Source: Octopus bimaculoides (taxonomy: Eukaryota). From it: a stretch of DNA of 64,000 bases. Under the pieces are notes generated by a model. It saw only the letters and a program-made list of their open reading frames with translations. It searched no databases and was not told where the DNA came from. This document shows positions 1 through 13,800 of the stretch, piece after piece (position 1 is the first letter of the stretch; every line of letters begins with the position of its first letter). Where the stretch lies: positions 13,367,033-13,431,032 of the forward strand of contig NC_068986.1 of NCBI RefSeq assembly GCF_001194135.2. Direction: 5' to 3'. The translations under genes were made by a program, and so were the position numbers.

Positions 1-1690
1 AACCAAAGGTTTGAGAGTAGATTTGGTAAATAGAAACTAAAAGAAACATACCTTGTATATATATGTATGTACACACACACAAATATTGATCAGATAAGAG
101 AAGTGAGAGAATAGATGTTTATTCCATTAGTTAACAGCTGTTTTGTAATCTTTGTTACATAATCAATGTTATGTCATCTGTCACACATCATCATTATCGT
201 TTAACGTCTGTTTTCCATGCTGGTATGGGTTGGATGGTTTGACTGGGGACTGGCAAGCCAGGAGGCCTTATCAGGCTTCAATCTGATCTGGCAATGTTTC
301 TCTCACCTGGATGCCCTTCCTAACACTAACCACTCCGAGAGTGTAGTGGATGCTTTTTACGTGCCACCGGCACAGGAGTCAGTCAGATGGCACTGGCATC
401 AGCCACCACGTTCAGATGGTGCTTTTTACGTGCTACTGGCACAGGAGCCAGTCAAGGCAGGGGGGGATGGCATTGACCACATTCGGATGGTGCTTTTACG
501 TGCCACCGGCATGGGGAGCCAGTCAGGTGACATGCTCATTTTGCAACTACTATGAAATGCCAAGACAAGGGGACACACACACACACATCTGATGGTCTTC
601 TTTCAGTTTCCATCTACCAAATCCCTTCTCAAGCCTTTGGTTGACCAGAGGCAATAGTAGAAGACACTTGCCCAAAAGGCCACACAATGGGTCGAACTAA
701 AAACCATGTGGTTTGGAAGTGCACTTCCAGATCACACAGCCGCACACACACAATGCAGGTGGAGCTTAATGGCTAGGTTTGATTCGTAGCCATGCAGTTT
801 TGGATTTGGTTCAACTACATGGCATTTTGTGTCTTTACCAAAGAATTTGGTTAACCGAAGCCTTGTTAGTGAAATTGGATTGATGGGAACTGCGAAAGTC
901 CACCAGATGGACTAAAGCTATAATTCAAAGTCTATCCTACATGAAAATTATTTTAAGAGCATACATGTCTGCTTGCTAAATCATGGAGTTGGCAGCTCAG
1001 TTAGTCAAACAACTTGATGCTCATGTGACAAATTCACTGAGGTAGACCACTGTATGAACCAAGACAATCCACATGAACATCATTGGAAAAAGACAACAGA
1101 AATGTTATAACAGAATCCACAATGATGAACAACCAAGATCATGAAAAATTAGACTGTGATCAAACAAAGCTTTGATAGAAACCTTAACTAAGAAAAAAAA
1201 AATAACAATAATACAAATAAACTAACACTTTGTTTTCAAATATACAAGCTATTAAAAATTTATCATAACTCCCCAAAAGCAGGTGTGTTCAGCACATAAT
1301 GATACATTGTGCAAGTCTGGGTTTGATGAATGAGTCACTGATTATGTTACAAAAAGCTGAATGGTATTACTGCTTGTTTATGAGACTTATAAGTTGTATA
1401 TAATACATATCTGGTATTCATCTTGGATTAGCCAATGTACACTCATCTCAGTAACTAACTGTGAAGTTTACTCATCATCATTGTTTTAATGTCCACATTT
1501 CCATGCTTGTATGGATCAGACAGAAATCATCATCATTATCCTTTAACATCCATTTTACATGCTGGCATGGGTTGAACAATTTAACAGGAGTTAGCAAGGC
1601 CAAGAGCAGTAGCAGGTACCAGTGTCTGCAATGGCATAATGTAAGACATTATGCCATTAAGACATAATGTCTTACGTTTAAGATGATTCC

Positions 1691-1790
1691 CATACATTTC
1701 CCTGAGGAGAAGTTTACATTTTTAACATCGCCGATTCCTATGGATCGCATACATTGTAATTCTTCGAAACATATGTCGGAATAAAGTATG
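1691..1790 (+). ncRNA. Type I hammerhead ribozyme motif, family A copy 1
   Basis: Stem I ttcc(1698-1701)/ggaa(1778-1781) plus catac/gtatg, CUGAGGA 1702-1708, stem II gaag/cttc, GAAA 1766-1769, palindromic helix III ACAUAUGU, GUC triplet 1775-1777. Confidence 0.8.
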
Positions 1791-1982
1791 CAGTTATAAC
1801 ATGCGTTTTCTCCATTCCTTAAATTTTTAAATATACTCAAATACCCAAAATATAAAGGAGTTTCTGCCTCACCAACAGGAATTACACCACATTTATTTTG
1901 TGATGTTTGCTACCTTGGTTTCTATTAACCCATTCATTCTATCCGAATTATTTATTAGGATAGAATAAAGACATATAATTAA

Positions 1983-2017
<35 letters not shown>

Positions 2018-3628
2018 CATATATAAATATNNNNNNNNNNNNNNNNNNNNNNNNNNNNNNNNNNNNNNNNNNNNNNNNNNNNNNNNNNNNNNNNNNNNNN
2101 NNNNNNNNNNNNNNNNNNNNNNNNNNNNNNNNNNNNNNNNNNNNNNNNNNNNNNNNNNNNNNNNNNNNNNNNNNNNNNNNTATATATATACTCTTACTTG
2201 TTTCAGTCATTTGACTGCGGCCATGCAGGAGCACCGCCTTTAGTCGAGCAAATCGACCCCAGGACTTATCCTTTGTAAGCCTAGTACTTATTATATCGGT
2301 CTCTTTTGCCGAACCGCTAAGTTACAGGGATTTGGTAGACGGAAAGCCAAGTGAGACCATAGCCATGGCCTACACTAGTGTCGCATAGCCAGCCCATTTA
2401 AGAATAGCCTTCAAACATTAGGCAATATACTGTGCTTGAGAAGACCTGTTGAGTCAAGTCAAATCATAGTCATGGCCAACGCCAGTCCCAATACACTGGC
2501 TCCCATGCCGGTGTCACATAAAAAGCACCATATGAGCATGGTCAATGCCAGTGCCACCGGACTGGTCACGTGCTAGTGGCACATAAAAAGCACCATTCGA
2601 GCGTGGTCATTGCCAGTGCCACCTGATTGGCCCCTGTGCCAGGGACATATAAAAAGTACCAGTCAAGCGTGGTCGATGCCAGTGCCACCTGACTGGCACA
2701 TAAAAAGCACCCACTACACTCTTGGAGTGGTTGGCATTAGAAAGGGCATCCAGCCGTAGAAACCTTACCATTCAGATTGGAGCCTGGTGCAGCCTCCTAG
2801 CTTGCTAGTCCTCAGTCAAACCGTCCAACCCATGCCAGCATGGAAAGCAGACGTTAGATGATGATGATGATAATGATATATGTGTATATATACATGTATA
2901 TATGCATGTATGTGCATATATATACATACATATATATATATGTGTGCATATATATATATATATATATATGTACATATATACATATATACATACATATACA
3001 TACATATGTTTTACATAAAAAAAAGGAAGGACACATTGGATAATGTGCTTCTAGTGCTTGATAAATGTCTGTGAAAAGAAAAATAATAATAAAAGACAGG
3101 ATGGTCATGGCTGGAATATTTTTGATCATACATCTCTGTTCAACAAGGACTAACACTTGGGGTTAAATGTCAACAACAACAGTTGTCAATCATTATAATG
3201 CCTTAATAAAGAATGCAAAAAAAAAAAAAAATCAAAGAATACCCTAGCAAGATGAAAACAATTATAACCCCGAGTTACATGCCTGTGATAGGATGATAGA
3301 AAAATGAATAGAAACAAGATAGATGAGAAAGCAAATTTTTTTAGTGTTTTTTTTTTTTTTTTTAATAAATTAATTACTAAACAAAAGGTTTCACTGAAGC
3401 GTCAGAAGTCAGACAGGAAATAAAATTATTACAAATCACAAAAATAGATTTTTGGTAACGAGTAGGGAGGGTAGATAGTGGGGGAGGGGATATTGGAAAC
3501 CATTGTGTTTTTATGAATAAAAGCATAACAATAGGCTTTTACACAAGATTTGTAATGTTTTCCAAAAAAAAAAAAATTAAAAAAGTAATTTAATTAAGGA
3601 AGCTGACAGTGTGTATGCGGGAGAGAGC

Positions 3629-3670
<42 letters not shown>

Positions 3671-3990
3671 ATATGTGTGTCGAGGAGAAAGATAGAGTAG
3701 AGTATGGAGGTGAGGTGGAAGAGGAGTAAGGAGTCACAGAACAGGTTTCAAATGAAATGGGGGAGGTGGGAAATTGAATTACCATATATCAAAAGACCGT
3801 TCCAATAATTCTATAGCAGTGTTGTTGGAGAACTCCACAGTCTGCGTACTGAATTTGAAGAGAATTCTACCAATAAAGCTGACTGTTGCCAAAGAAATAG
3901 AAAACTCTATTACAACACCAGATAGTTAACATTTATTCCTGAATTAAATTTATCATCTTTGACTTGATCAATTACCACAATAAAACATTA

Positions 3991-4035
<45 letters not shown>

Positions 4036-4155
4036 ATGTCATTGTTTAATTTTATTTCAAGATTTCTTGCCAATACAGAAAGAACCGGTTACTAACCTAG
4101 ATCCAAGGCTCCTTCATTGGAATTTCTACATCAGCAACAGGGTATTTTTGTATGC

Positions 4156-4430
4156 ATCATCATCATCATCATCGTTTAACGTCTGTTTTCCATGATGGCA
4201 TGGGTTGGACGGTTTGACTGGGGTCTAGGAAGCCAGGAGGCTGCACTGGGCTCCAGTCTGATCTGGTAGTGTTTCTACAGCTGGAAGCCTTTCCTAACGC
4301 CAACCACTCCGAGAGTGTAGTGGATGATTTTTACGTGCCACTGGCACAGGGGCCAGAAGAGGCAGGCAATGACCACGATCGGTTGGTGCTTTTTACATGC
4401 CACTGGCACGGAAGCCAGTCAAGGCAGCGC
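4156..4430 (-). mobile_element. RTE-LINE 3' tail repeat, family 3 (representative; many copies)
   Basis: (CAT)n-cgtttaacgtc...tttccatg...gggttggacggtttgactg...cctaacgccaaccac consensus. Linked to RTE coding sequence at 45160. Confidence 0.7.
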
Positions 4431-4552
4431 TAATTCACTCTCATTGCATGACACCTTGGGCAAGTGTCTTCTACTAGGGCTATACAAAGCCTTTTGAGGG
4501 GATTTGGTAGATAGAAACTGAAAAAAGCCAATCACGTGTATATAAATGTATG

Positions 4553-4586
<34 letters not shown>

Positions 4587-5114
4587 TAGCTCAGTAGTTA
4601 GAGCATCAAGCTTATGATCGCGAGGTTGTGAGTTCGAATCCTGGACCAGGCTGCATGTTGTGTTCTTGAGCAAGAGGTATACATGCATATATGTAGGTAT
4701 GTACATATATGTAAGTATATATGCATATATTTATATATTATTTATATTGTTATATGATTGAATGCCACACATCCTTTTCCAAGAAAGTTTTATATATATA
4801 GAACAAAAACGCAATAGAGTGCATTAAAATGTTTGTACAGATAGACAATACAAAGCCGGACAAGAGAAACAACAATTTGAAGGACAGGCAAAAAAAGACA
4901 GGTCATTCTTGGCTTTCTTTCATCAGTCAAGTCCCAAGAGTCATGACTATTTCGGGCAGTTACACTTGAGATGGTTCGATCTGGTTGCCCCCAAAAGAGT
5001 CTAAGCTAAGAGCATTAGACCCCTTTGTTAGAAAGCTAGTGAATGTGCACGGCAACGAAGATGAAAAATACAAACAAACAAAAGAAACAGAGAACATGAT
5101 ACACAATTATGAAT

Positions 5115-5150
<36 letters not shown>

Positions 5151-6845
5151 TGTGTGTCCCACCACTGCTTGACAACCAGTGTTAGGATGTTTACATCCTT
5201 GTAACTTAGCAGTTTGGCAAAAGAGACCAATAAAATAAGTGCCAAACTTTAAGAAAAAAAAAAACAGTACTGGGGTCAACTCATTAGACTAAAATTCTTC
5301 AAGGTGGTACCCCAGGATGTCTACAGTCTGATGACTTAAATAAGTGGAAAAAAAAAACAAAAAGAAAAAGCATAGTTCTGTGATATAAGCAGAGCAAGCT
5401 TACATCTTAACAATAAACCAATAATCATGACTTATTGAGATTGATAACTTGTTTATCAGACGCTTATCTATATTTCTAGTGTGGTGTATTTGTGCAGATA
5501 TAAGGTGGGTATATGTGGGTGTTCAATTCAATAGATGTGAGCAATGCTCCAATGTAGGATGGATATGCATTTGAAAAATGTTAGCTAATTGTTCTGAAAT
5601 GAAATATTTTTTGGATACAGTAATGATACTTAAACTTCCCATTATGTATGTATGTTTGTATATATGTGTGTGTGAGAGTGCGCATGTGTATATATGTATG
5701 TACATGTATGTATAAATGTATGCATCAGTAATTGTCTAGCAAAACCTTTGATGACACAGCACACAGTGCTAATATATCAATTAGTTTAAAACTATTAATG
5801 TTTGCCAGCTCAGTTAAATGCCTGGTGACCTGATGGGAACAACCATTTTAAAGGAATGGAATGAATTATGATGATGTTATTGATGCTTTTGGTAAAAGAA
5901 ATCTACATCCACCAACTATAGGTGTGTCAGACTCTTTGTACATATTTCTTTTGAGTTTTCAATTAATGTAAACAGGAAAACAGCAATCAGAAATGACAGA
6001 CAGAAGTTAAGTGGTGTAATGGTTCACCAGTGGTTATCATAGGCTACAATAAAATATATTTCAATTGTCATTGTATTTAAATACAGCAGAAAGTAGAATA
6101 GAGACATATAGAGAATTGCTACCAACAGTTCACCTCTACTTCGGTGAAAACGGTTTACTACATTTGAGAAAAAGGAAGCTGCTACTGTTTAATACACCTC
6201 AGCCCTGATCAAAGACATTCTCATCCTGACCATTCCATCTTTTTAGGTATGGTCTTACTCCAACTATATTATCTAATTTACTCTTTTATTAAAAGGAAAA
6301 AATTACTCAGGTTAAATACCTGTCACTAGTGATAAGTGTAGGTGAAGAATTCACAATTAAAAAAACTTGGCAGGTGCAACATAGTTGTGTGGTAAAAAGT
6401 TTGCTTCCCAACCACATGGTTCTGGGTTCAGTCCTACTCCAGGGCATCTTGGGCAAGTGTCTTCTACTATAGCCTTGGGCTGACCAAAACTTTGTGAGTG
6501 GATTTGTCAGACAGAAACTGAAAGAAGCCTGTCATATANNNNNNNNNNNNNNNNNNNNNNNNNNNNNNNNNNNNNNNNNNNNNNNNNNNNNNNNNNNNNN
6601 NNNNNNNNNNNNNNNNNNNNNNNNNNNNNNNNNNNNNNNNNNNNNNNNNNNNNNNNNNNNNNNNNNNNNNNNNNNNNNNNNNNNNNNNNNNNNNNNNNNN
6701 NNNNNNNNNNNNNNNNNNNNNNNNNNNNNNNNNNNNNNNNNNNNNNNAAAGTTGACCTTGGTGGAATTTGAACACAGAACATAAAGACAGACAAAATACC
6801 AGAAAGCATTTCGCCCGGCATGCTAACAATTCTGCCAGCTCACCT

Positions 6846-6907
<62 letters not shown>

Positions 6908-8629
6908 AATATATTATATATATATAGTCAATCCATTGTGTGTGTCTCTTTGAACAGGTGTTTGTTCCCCACCACTGCTTGACAACCAGTGTTGGTGTGT
7001 TTACATTCCTGTAGTTTGGCAAAAGAGACTGGCAGAATAAGAACCAGGCTTAAAAAGAAAAAAAAAATCTGGGCTTGATTCATTCAATAAAAAATTCTTC
7101 AAGGTGTTACCCCAGCATGGCCGCAGTCTAATGACCGAAACAAGTAAAAGATAAAACCTGAATACTGCCATTGAAGTATTTGCATGGAATGTGGCAGCAG
7201 GAATGGTGGGAATAAAATTTGGTTTTTGTTGCATAAGCAAAAGAAGAAAGCTTCTTTGTTGACTAAAGCACATTGCACCAATAATGGCCAACTGATCACA
7301 GCCTAAACTTTCCTGACTCAGTCAAAGACAAACCAATCTGTGTTAAACAAATAATCAATTTTATAAAAGTTCACGAAGAGCTGTTCACCAAGCATGAAAA
7401 TAACTATTATACACTTGTGTTTTGAGAGAGACACACACACACACACACTTTATGTACAAGAATTGATCTGACACTGAGAAAGATGAGAAATAAAGGAGCG
7501 CTTGGTCGCAGTGCATAGCTGTAGGTAAGAGAAGGCCAAAGATAACTTAGCCACAATTCCCAATCTATCCCCACCTGTTTTTTTTTTCTTTTTATCGCTA
7601 CATTTAAAAAATTATAAATTAATAACAGATCTAAAAGAATGTATACTGGACATTAAAGTGTGGTCAACTGGCTGAACTACTAAAGTATCAGATGGATTGC
7701 TTGTGAATATTCTCTGAGTTCAAATCCCTCCAAGATCAGCTTTGCCTTTTGGTGGGGTTAATAAATAAAGCATCAGTTCTGTATTGGCATTGGATCTTCT
7801 CATTTTCAGATTCGCTCTCTCTTTCCCTCCTTCTGGAAGAAATTGACTGTGGTCAGATCTGGAGAGGAATGGGCTCTGCCAGGCTTAAAATGATTTGCTT
7901 CAGTCACTGAATTGTGGTCATACTGGATCACCACCTTGAACATATTGACTTCAGTACTTATCTAAGTCTGGTACATATTCTATTGGCCTTTTTGCTGAAT
8001 CACTATTTTACGGGGAATAAACAAACCAACACCGGTTGTCATGTGGTGATGGTTGGGGGACAAACACAAAGCCACACACACACACACATATTATATTATC
8101 ACACATAACAGGCTTCCACGTAGTTTTTGTCTACCAAAGTCACTCGCAAGGTTTGGTTGGCCCAGAGCCATTGTAGAAGAGCCTTGCCCAAGGAGTTGTG
8201 CAATGGGACTGAATCCAAAACCTTTTGGTTACCAAGGAAGATTCTTAATCATACAGTCATGTTTGCACCTATAAACACAGCCATGCCCGGGGAAGAAATA
8301 TTAAGAGAGAGGAGTAGAGAGAGAGTGATGATGAAGAGGAAAAAGACTGGATAAGTTGCAGATGTTGCAGATGGAAATGAAAGATAAAGACAGAGAGAGA
8401 GAGGGAGAGAGAGGGAGGGAGAGAGAGAGAAGGGGAGTGAGAGCAGAGGCAGAGAGAACATTGGTAAATGTGTAGCAAAGGAATTTATGAGTTATGCTCT
8501 TGCTGTGGGTCTTGATCTGTTGTATATAAATAAATATGAAAATATTTTAAGCAGATAATGTATAAGGAATGCCAAGCAAGAAGGGGAAGGAGAATCAGGG
8601 ACAGAAAAGTAACATATTTACATTTGTGT

Positions 8630-8741
<112 letters not shown>

Positions 8742-10347
8742 ACACCCACATAAATTATACAATTCCTTTTGGAACATATTTTTTATAATCATAGTCAAAG
8801 TTCCGCAGTATTTTTCTAACTCTTTATGTGTTGAGTTCAAACACTGTTGGCCAAGGTCAACATTTTGCCATTCATCTTTTAGAGGTCAATAAAATAAAGT
8901 CCCAGCCAGTTACTGCAGGCAATGGTTTCAACTTATGCCCCCCACCACTCACAATTGCTGACCTTCTGCCTTAATTAAACACCATTATTATTATGATTAT
9001 TATTATACAATGACCAAGACCTTTGGAAATATACTGAGCTTGTAAGGGGGTGAGCTGGCACAAGTGCTAGCACGCCGGGTGAAATGCTTAGCGGCATTTC
9101 ATCTGTCTTTATGTTCTGAGTTCAAATTCCACTGATGTCTACTTTGCTTTTCATCCTTTAGAGGTCGATAAATTAAGTACCAGTTGCATATTGGAATTGA
9201 TTTAATTGACTGGCTACCTCCCCCAAAATTTCCGGCCTTGTGCCTAGAGTAGAAAAGAATATACCGAGCTTGTGTAGACCTGTCAAGCCAAGTGGGACTG
9301 TAGGTGTGGCTGATGCTGGTGTCATGTCAATGGTACTCGTGCCGGTGGAACGTAAAAAACACCCACTGCACTCTCAGAATGGTTGGCGTTAGGAAGGGCA
9401 TCCAGCTGTAGAACCCTTGCCAGATCAGATCGGAGCCTGGTGCAGCCCCTGCCAGCTTACCTGTTTTCAGTCAAACTGTCCAACCCATGCCAGCATGGAA
9501 AACGGACATTAAATGATGATGATGATAATGATGATGATGATGATGATGATGAGCATTTATACAGTCAAGGGGTTATCAACTTGTACTTGAGCAGCCCAAA
9601 AGCCAAGTAACAGGACAGGCAGAGACAGCAAGAGGACTTTTCATTTAGTATATAGGATAAATGTTGTATTATTCATGGAATTTTTTGACACATTTTCTGT
9701 GGCAAATGCCTAGAGCTGATGGCATTATGAACCCTTCAGCATTTAAAGAGACCATATCTGGCCCAAGTATTCTACCTGTTTTATGTAAAAACTAGCCAGA
9801 TCCAGCTACTCACACATACCTGACAATGTCTTTCAAAACATCGACTATCACATCATAATCATGTAGCTACAAGATAATGCCCGATTAATTAAAGAAAATG
9901 TGAATAAATAAGCATTACATTTGAGTGAGTAACCTGGATGCTAATGAGTTAAACTGGGTCAGCTTCAAGCTGAGATGTACAAATTTTTCTTGTGTGCATA
10001 GACAAACATTACTTCCACACTAGCAAACAAAAAGATAGTTCCTGATTAAGTCAGTCAGGAAAGAACCAGCCACAAATACTTGTATCAATAGTCATCTAGC
10101 TAACAGGTAAAAAAATGTACCAACTACCAACAATTTAAAACTGCACCAACATATGAACTCTACTAAAACTGCAACTTAGCAACAACCTCAACACAATTAT
10201 AAGTTGTGTTTTTTTCTGCTGCTCGTGGAAAACATTTTCTTCATTTCAAATTCACAGTTGCAAATATGGACTTAGGACCAAAGTTAACTCTTTAGCATTC
10301 AGATTACACTGTCATATGTAGTGCTTATTTATTCATGTTGTTTTGAA

Positions 10348-10827
10348 TTAACTATTTTGATACAAACCCAGCTGAAACCACCTCTGGCTCTGTAGTACAA
10401 ATGTCTTGTTTTCATAAGTTTTGAATTAAAATCTTCCACCAAACCATAGTCACAATTTATGTTCCTAACACCAGCTTAATGATAACTAAGTTATTTTACT
10501 AAATTCTTTGTTATATTTAAAGTAATTGAAAGAACACAGAACATCTCAACAGAAATATGGTAACAAAAGGGCTAAAATATATAATAGAGAAACAATTCTT
10601 AACCCTTTTGATACCATCCTGTCTGAAACCACCTCTGGCTCTGTAGTACAAATATCTTGCTTTCATAAGTTTTGAATTAAAATCTTCCACCAAACCTTAG
10701 TCACAATCTATGCTCCTAACACCAGCTTAATGATAACTAAGTTATTTTACTAAATTCTTTGTTATATTTAAAGTAATTGAAAGAAACATAGAGCATCTCA
10801 AAACAAATACAGTAATGAAAGGGTTAA
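10348..10827. mobile_element. piggyBac-type MITE head-to-tail dimer
   Basis: Two ~225-bp units with CCCTTT...AAAGGG ends, a 23-bp spacer 10576-10598 and outer TTAA duplications. Inserted at the TTAA of a second MITE family. Confidence 0.75.
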
Positions 10828-13800
10828 TCAATTATAAATCTTGTAGCTTTGAGATATTGATGATGAGATTGTTTATTTTCAGAATGACATTGTAGGGTAG
10901 GTACAAGAGGCTGGATTTGGTCAGTCTGAACATAAAACAGGTAAGTTATAGGGGATGAATATGGCTGGTTAAAAAGCAAAGGGTTCATTTTTTTAAACAT
11001 TTTCTAGACAATGTTTTATCATCTCAACATAAAACAATGAAAAAATGAATAACAAAAATATGATCAAATGAGGGAGACTCTACATGGCTGCTTGGTCTGC
11101 TAGAAAAAGTAGCCAAATCTCCCTCAAATAATATCCTGACTGCCTTAACCCTTTTGAAACAATATTTCTGCTGAAATAGACCATGTTGGTTCCAACGAAT
11201 TTTGAAAATAATGAAGAATTTAGTGAAATAACCTTGTTGTGAGTGAGCTGGTGTTTGCAGCATATTCTTTTACTCATCTCAGTCATTTGACTGTGGCCAT
11301 GCTGGAGCACCGCCTTTAGTCGAACAAATCAACCCCAGGACTTATTCTTCATAAGCCTAGTACTTATTCTATCGGTCGTTTTTGCCAAACCGCTAAGTTA
11401 CAGGGACGTAAACACACCAGTATCAATTGTCAAGTGATGGTGGGGGAGGACAAATGCAGACACACAAACACACACATACACACACACACACACATATCTA
11501 TATATCTATCTATATATAGATATATGGGCTTCTTTCGGTTTCTGTCTACCAAATCCACTCACAAGGTTTTTGTTAGCCTGAGGCTATAGTAGAAGACACT
11601 TGCCCAAGGTGCCACAAAGTGGAACCGAACCCAGAACCATGTGGTTGGGAAGCAAGCTTCTTACTACATAGCCACTCCTGACAAAATTGACAAAATTTTG
11701 ATGTAGGGTTTTAATTTAGATCACTTTCAAACAGGGAGTTTATGACACAGATTCAGGGCAGTCTCAGACATGTCGATATCAAAAGGGTCAAACTTGCCAC
11801 TGAAGGGATACATTTAACTGATTAACCCCTTCATTACCATATTCCTGCTGAAATGCACTGCCTTTGGTTCAATTAATTTTGAAAATAATCTTTTATCATT
11901 TAGTTGCATCAATCATTAGACTGCAGTCATGCTGGGGCACCACCCTGAAGAATTTTTAGTCAGATGAATCAACCCTGATACTTTTTTTTTTCTCAGAGTC
12001 TGGTACTTATTCTATCAGTTCCTTTTGCTGAACTACTAAGTCACAAGGATGTAAGCATACCAACACCATTGCCAAGCAGTGGTGGGGAATAAACACAGAC
12101 ACAAAGACATATACACATATATATATGTATATATACAATGGGCTTCTTTCAGTTTCTATCTGCCACATCCACTCACAAGGCTTCAGTAGGCCTAAGGCTA
12201 CAGTAGAAGACACTTGGCTAAGGTGTCATGCAGTGAGACTGAACCCAGAACCGTGTGGCTGGAAGCAAACTTCTTTCTACGCAACCACTCCTGCACCTAT
12301 AATGAAGAATTTAGTAAAAATAACTTTGTCGCTATTGAGCTGATGTTTGAAACATAAATTGATTTCAAACTTTGGCAGGAGGCCAGTAATTTCAGAGGAG
12401 GGGGTAAGTCAATTAGATCAACCCCAGTATTCAACTGGTACTTACTTTATAGACTCTGCTAGGATGAAAGGCAAAGTCAACCTAGGTGGAATTTGAACTC
12501 AGAACGTGAAGACAGATGAAATGCTGCCGAGCTTGCTAATGATTCTGCCAGCTCACCACCTTAATAATAAATTAACATGAAATTTTGATAGAAGGTTTTT
12601 AATTTCGATCACTATGGAACAGGAAGTTTGTATGATAAAGCCAAGGGCTGGTCTCAAGCAGGTTGGTATCAAAAGGGCTAAAAAAAGTGAAGATGTACTG
12701 CATAATTTTAGTCATAAATACATTATGCCTGATAACAAGATGGGATGGCTGTGGTTGACTTGATTATAGTTCCATTCAATCAGCATCTAGACACCACCAC
12801 TACCACCACCACCACCACCAAAAATGATTTTTTGCACATGATAATCACATTTGATTTAATCATTGCAATCTATATTGACTTGAAAACTTTTGTTCTGATG
12901 AATAATCAAATGGGTGTATATGTGTATGCATCTTTTCTAATAAACAAGAGCAGCACTATTTATTTTCCTTATTTCATGTTTGAACAAATAATCTATTTAT
13001 AAGCAACATATTGGAAAGTTGGAGAGATCTTGGTGGAAATATTTCAATAATATTTGAATAATATTTTTGAAAAGATAATTTTTGAAATGAATAATTCCCC
13101 CCTCTCCACACCACCGCCATTTTTCTCACCAGTTTAGATCTATGATACTAGCTTTGTTACCAAGATTCAAACACACACATACATATCGTCTACTTTTTAT
13201 CTTTTACTTGTTTCAATCATTAGATTGTGGCCATGCTAGGGCACCACGTTGATGAACTTTCAGCTGAATGAATTGACCCCAATACTTGGATTTTTTTTAA
13301 AGTCTGCTATTTATTCTATAGGTCTCTTTTGCCAAACCATTAATTACAGGGATGTAAACGCACCAACACTGGTTGTCAAGTGGTGGTAGGATACACACAC
13401 ACACACACACACACAAACAGACACACGTATATAACAGGCTTGTTTTCTGTCACTGTCTACCAAGTGCAGACACAAGGCTTTGGTTGGCCCAAGGATACAG
13501 TAAAAGGTGTAGACATGGATGTTTGGTCACAGAGTTCATTTCAAAGACTGAATGAGTGGAGAAAAGCCCTAATGAAGAAACTTTGTACTGTATACATTCA
13601 CAAATGATCAAACTGTGTACTATATATGTGGTAAGAAGCTTGATTCCCGACCACATGTTTCCGGGTTCAGTCCCACTGCGTGACGCCTTGGGCAAGTATC
13701 TTCTACTATAGCCTTAGGCTGACCAAAGTTTTGTGAGTGGATCTGGTAGATGGAAACTGAAAGAAGCCCATTGTGTGTGTGTGTGTGTGTATGTTTGTGC

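Noticed and set aside
4588-4655. tRNA-like sequences (also 17419-17490, 28050-28115, 58045-58115)
   Set aside because: They have A/B boxes but no complete cloverleaf and run straight into SINE bodies, so they are SINE heads, not tRNA genes.
4860-5040. Third hammerhead-like candidate on the minus strand (gggca/tgccc stem + GAAATAGTC; separate CTGATGA downstream)
   Set aside because: The core before the stem reads CTTTTGG, stem I cannot be paired, and the second core has no GAAA. Too degenerate to call from one copy; worth rechecking against a family consensus.
7001-7299. ORFs MAIIGAMCFSQQ.../MISWPLL... as possible exons of the leftward gene
   Set aside because: The best acceptor (taacacag near 7340) gives stops in all frames, part of the ORF is SINE-derived, and no homology was recognised.
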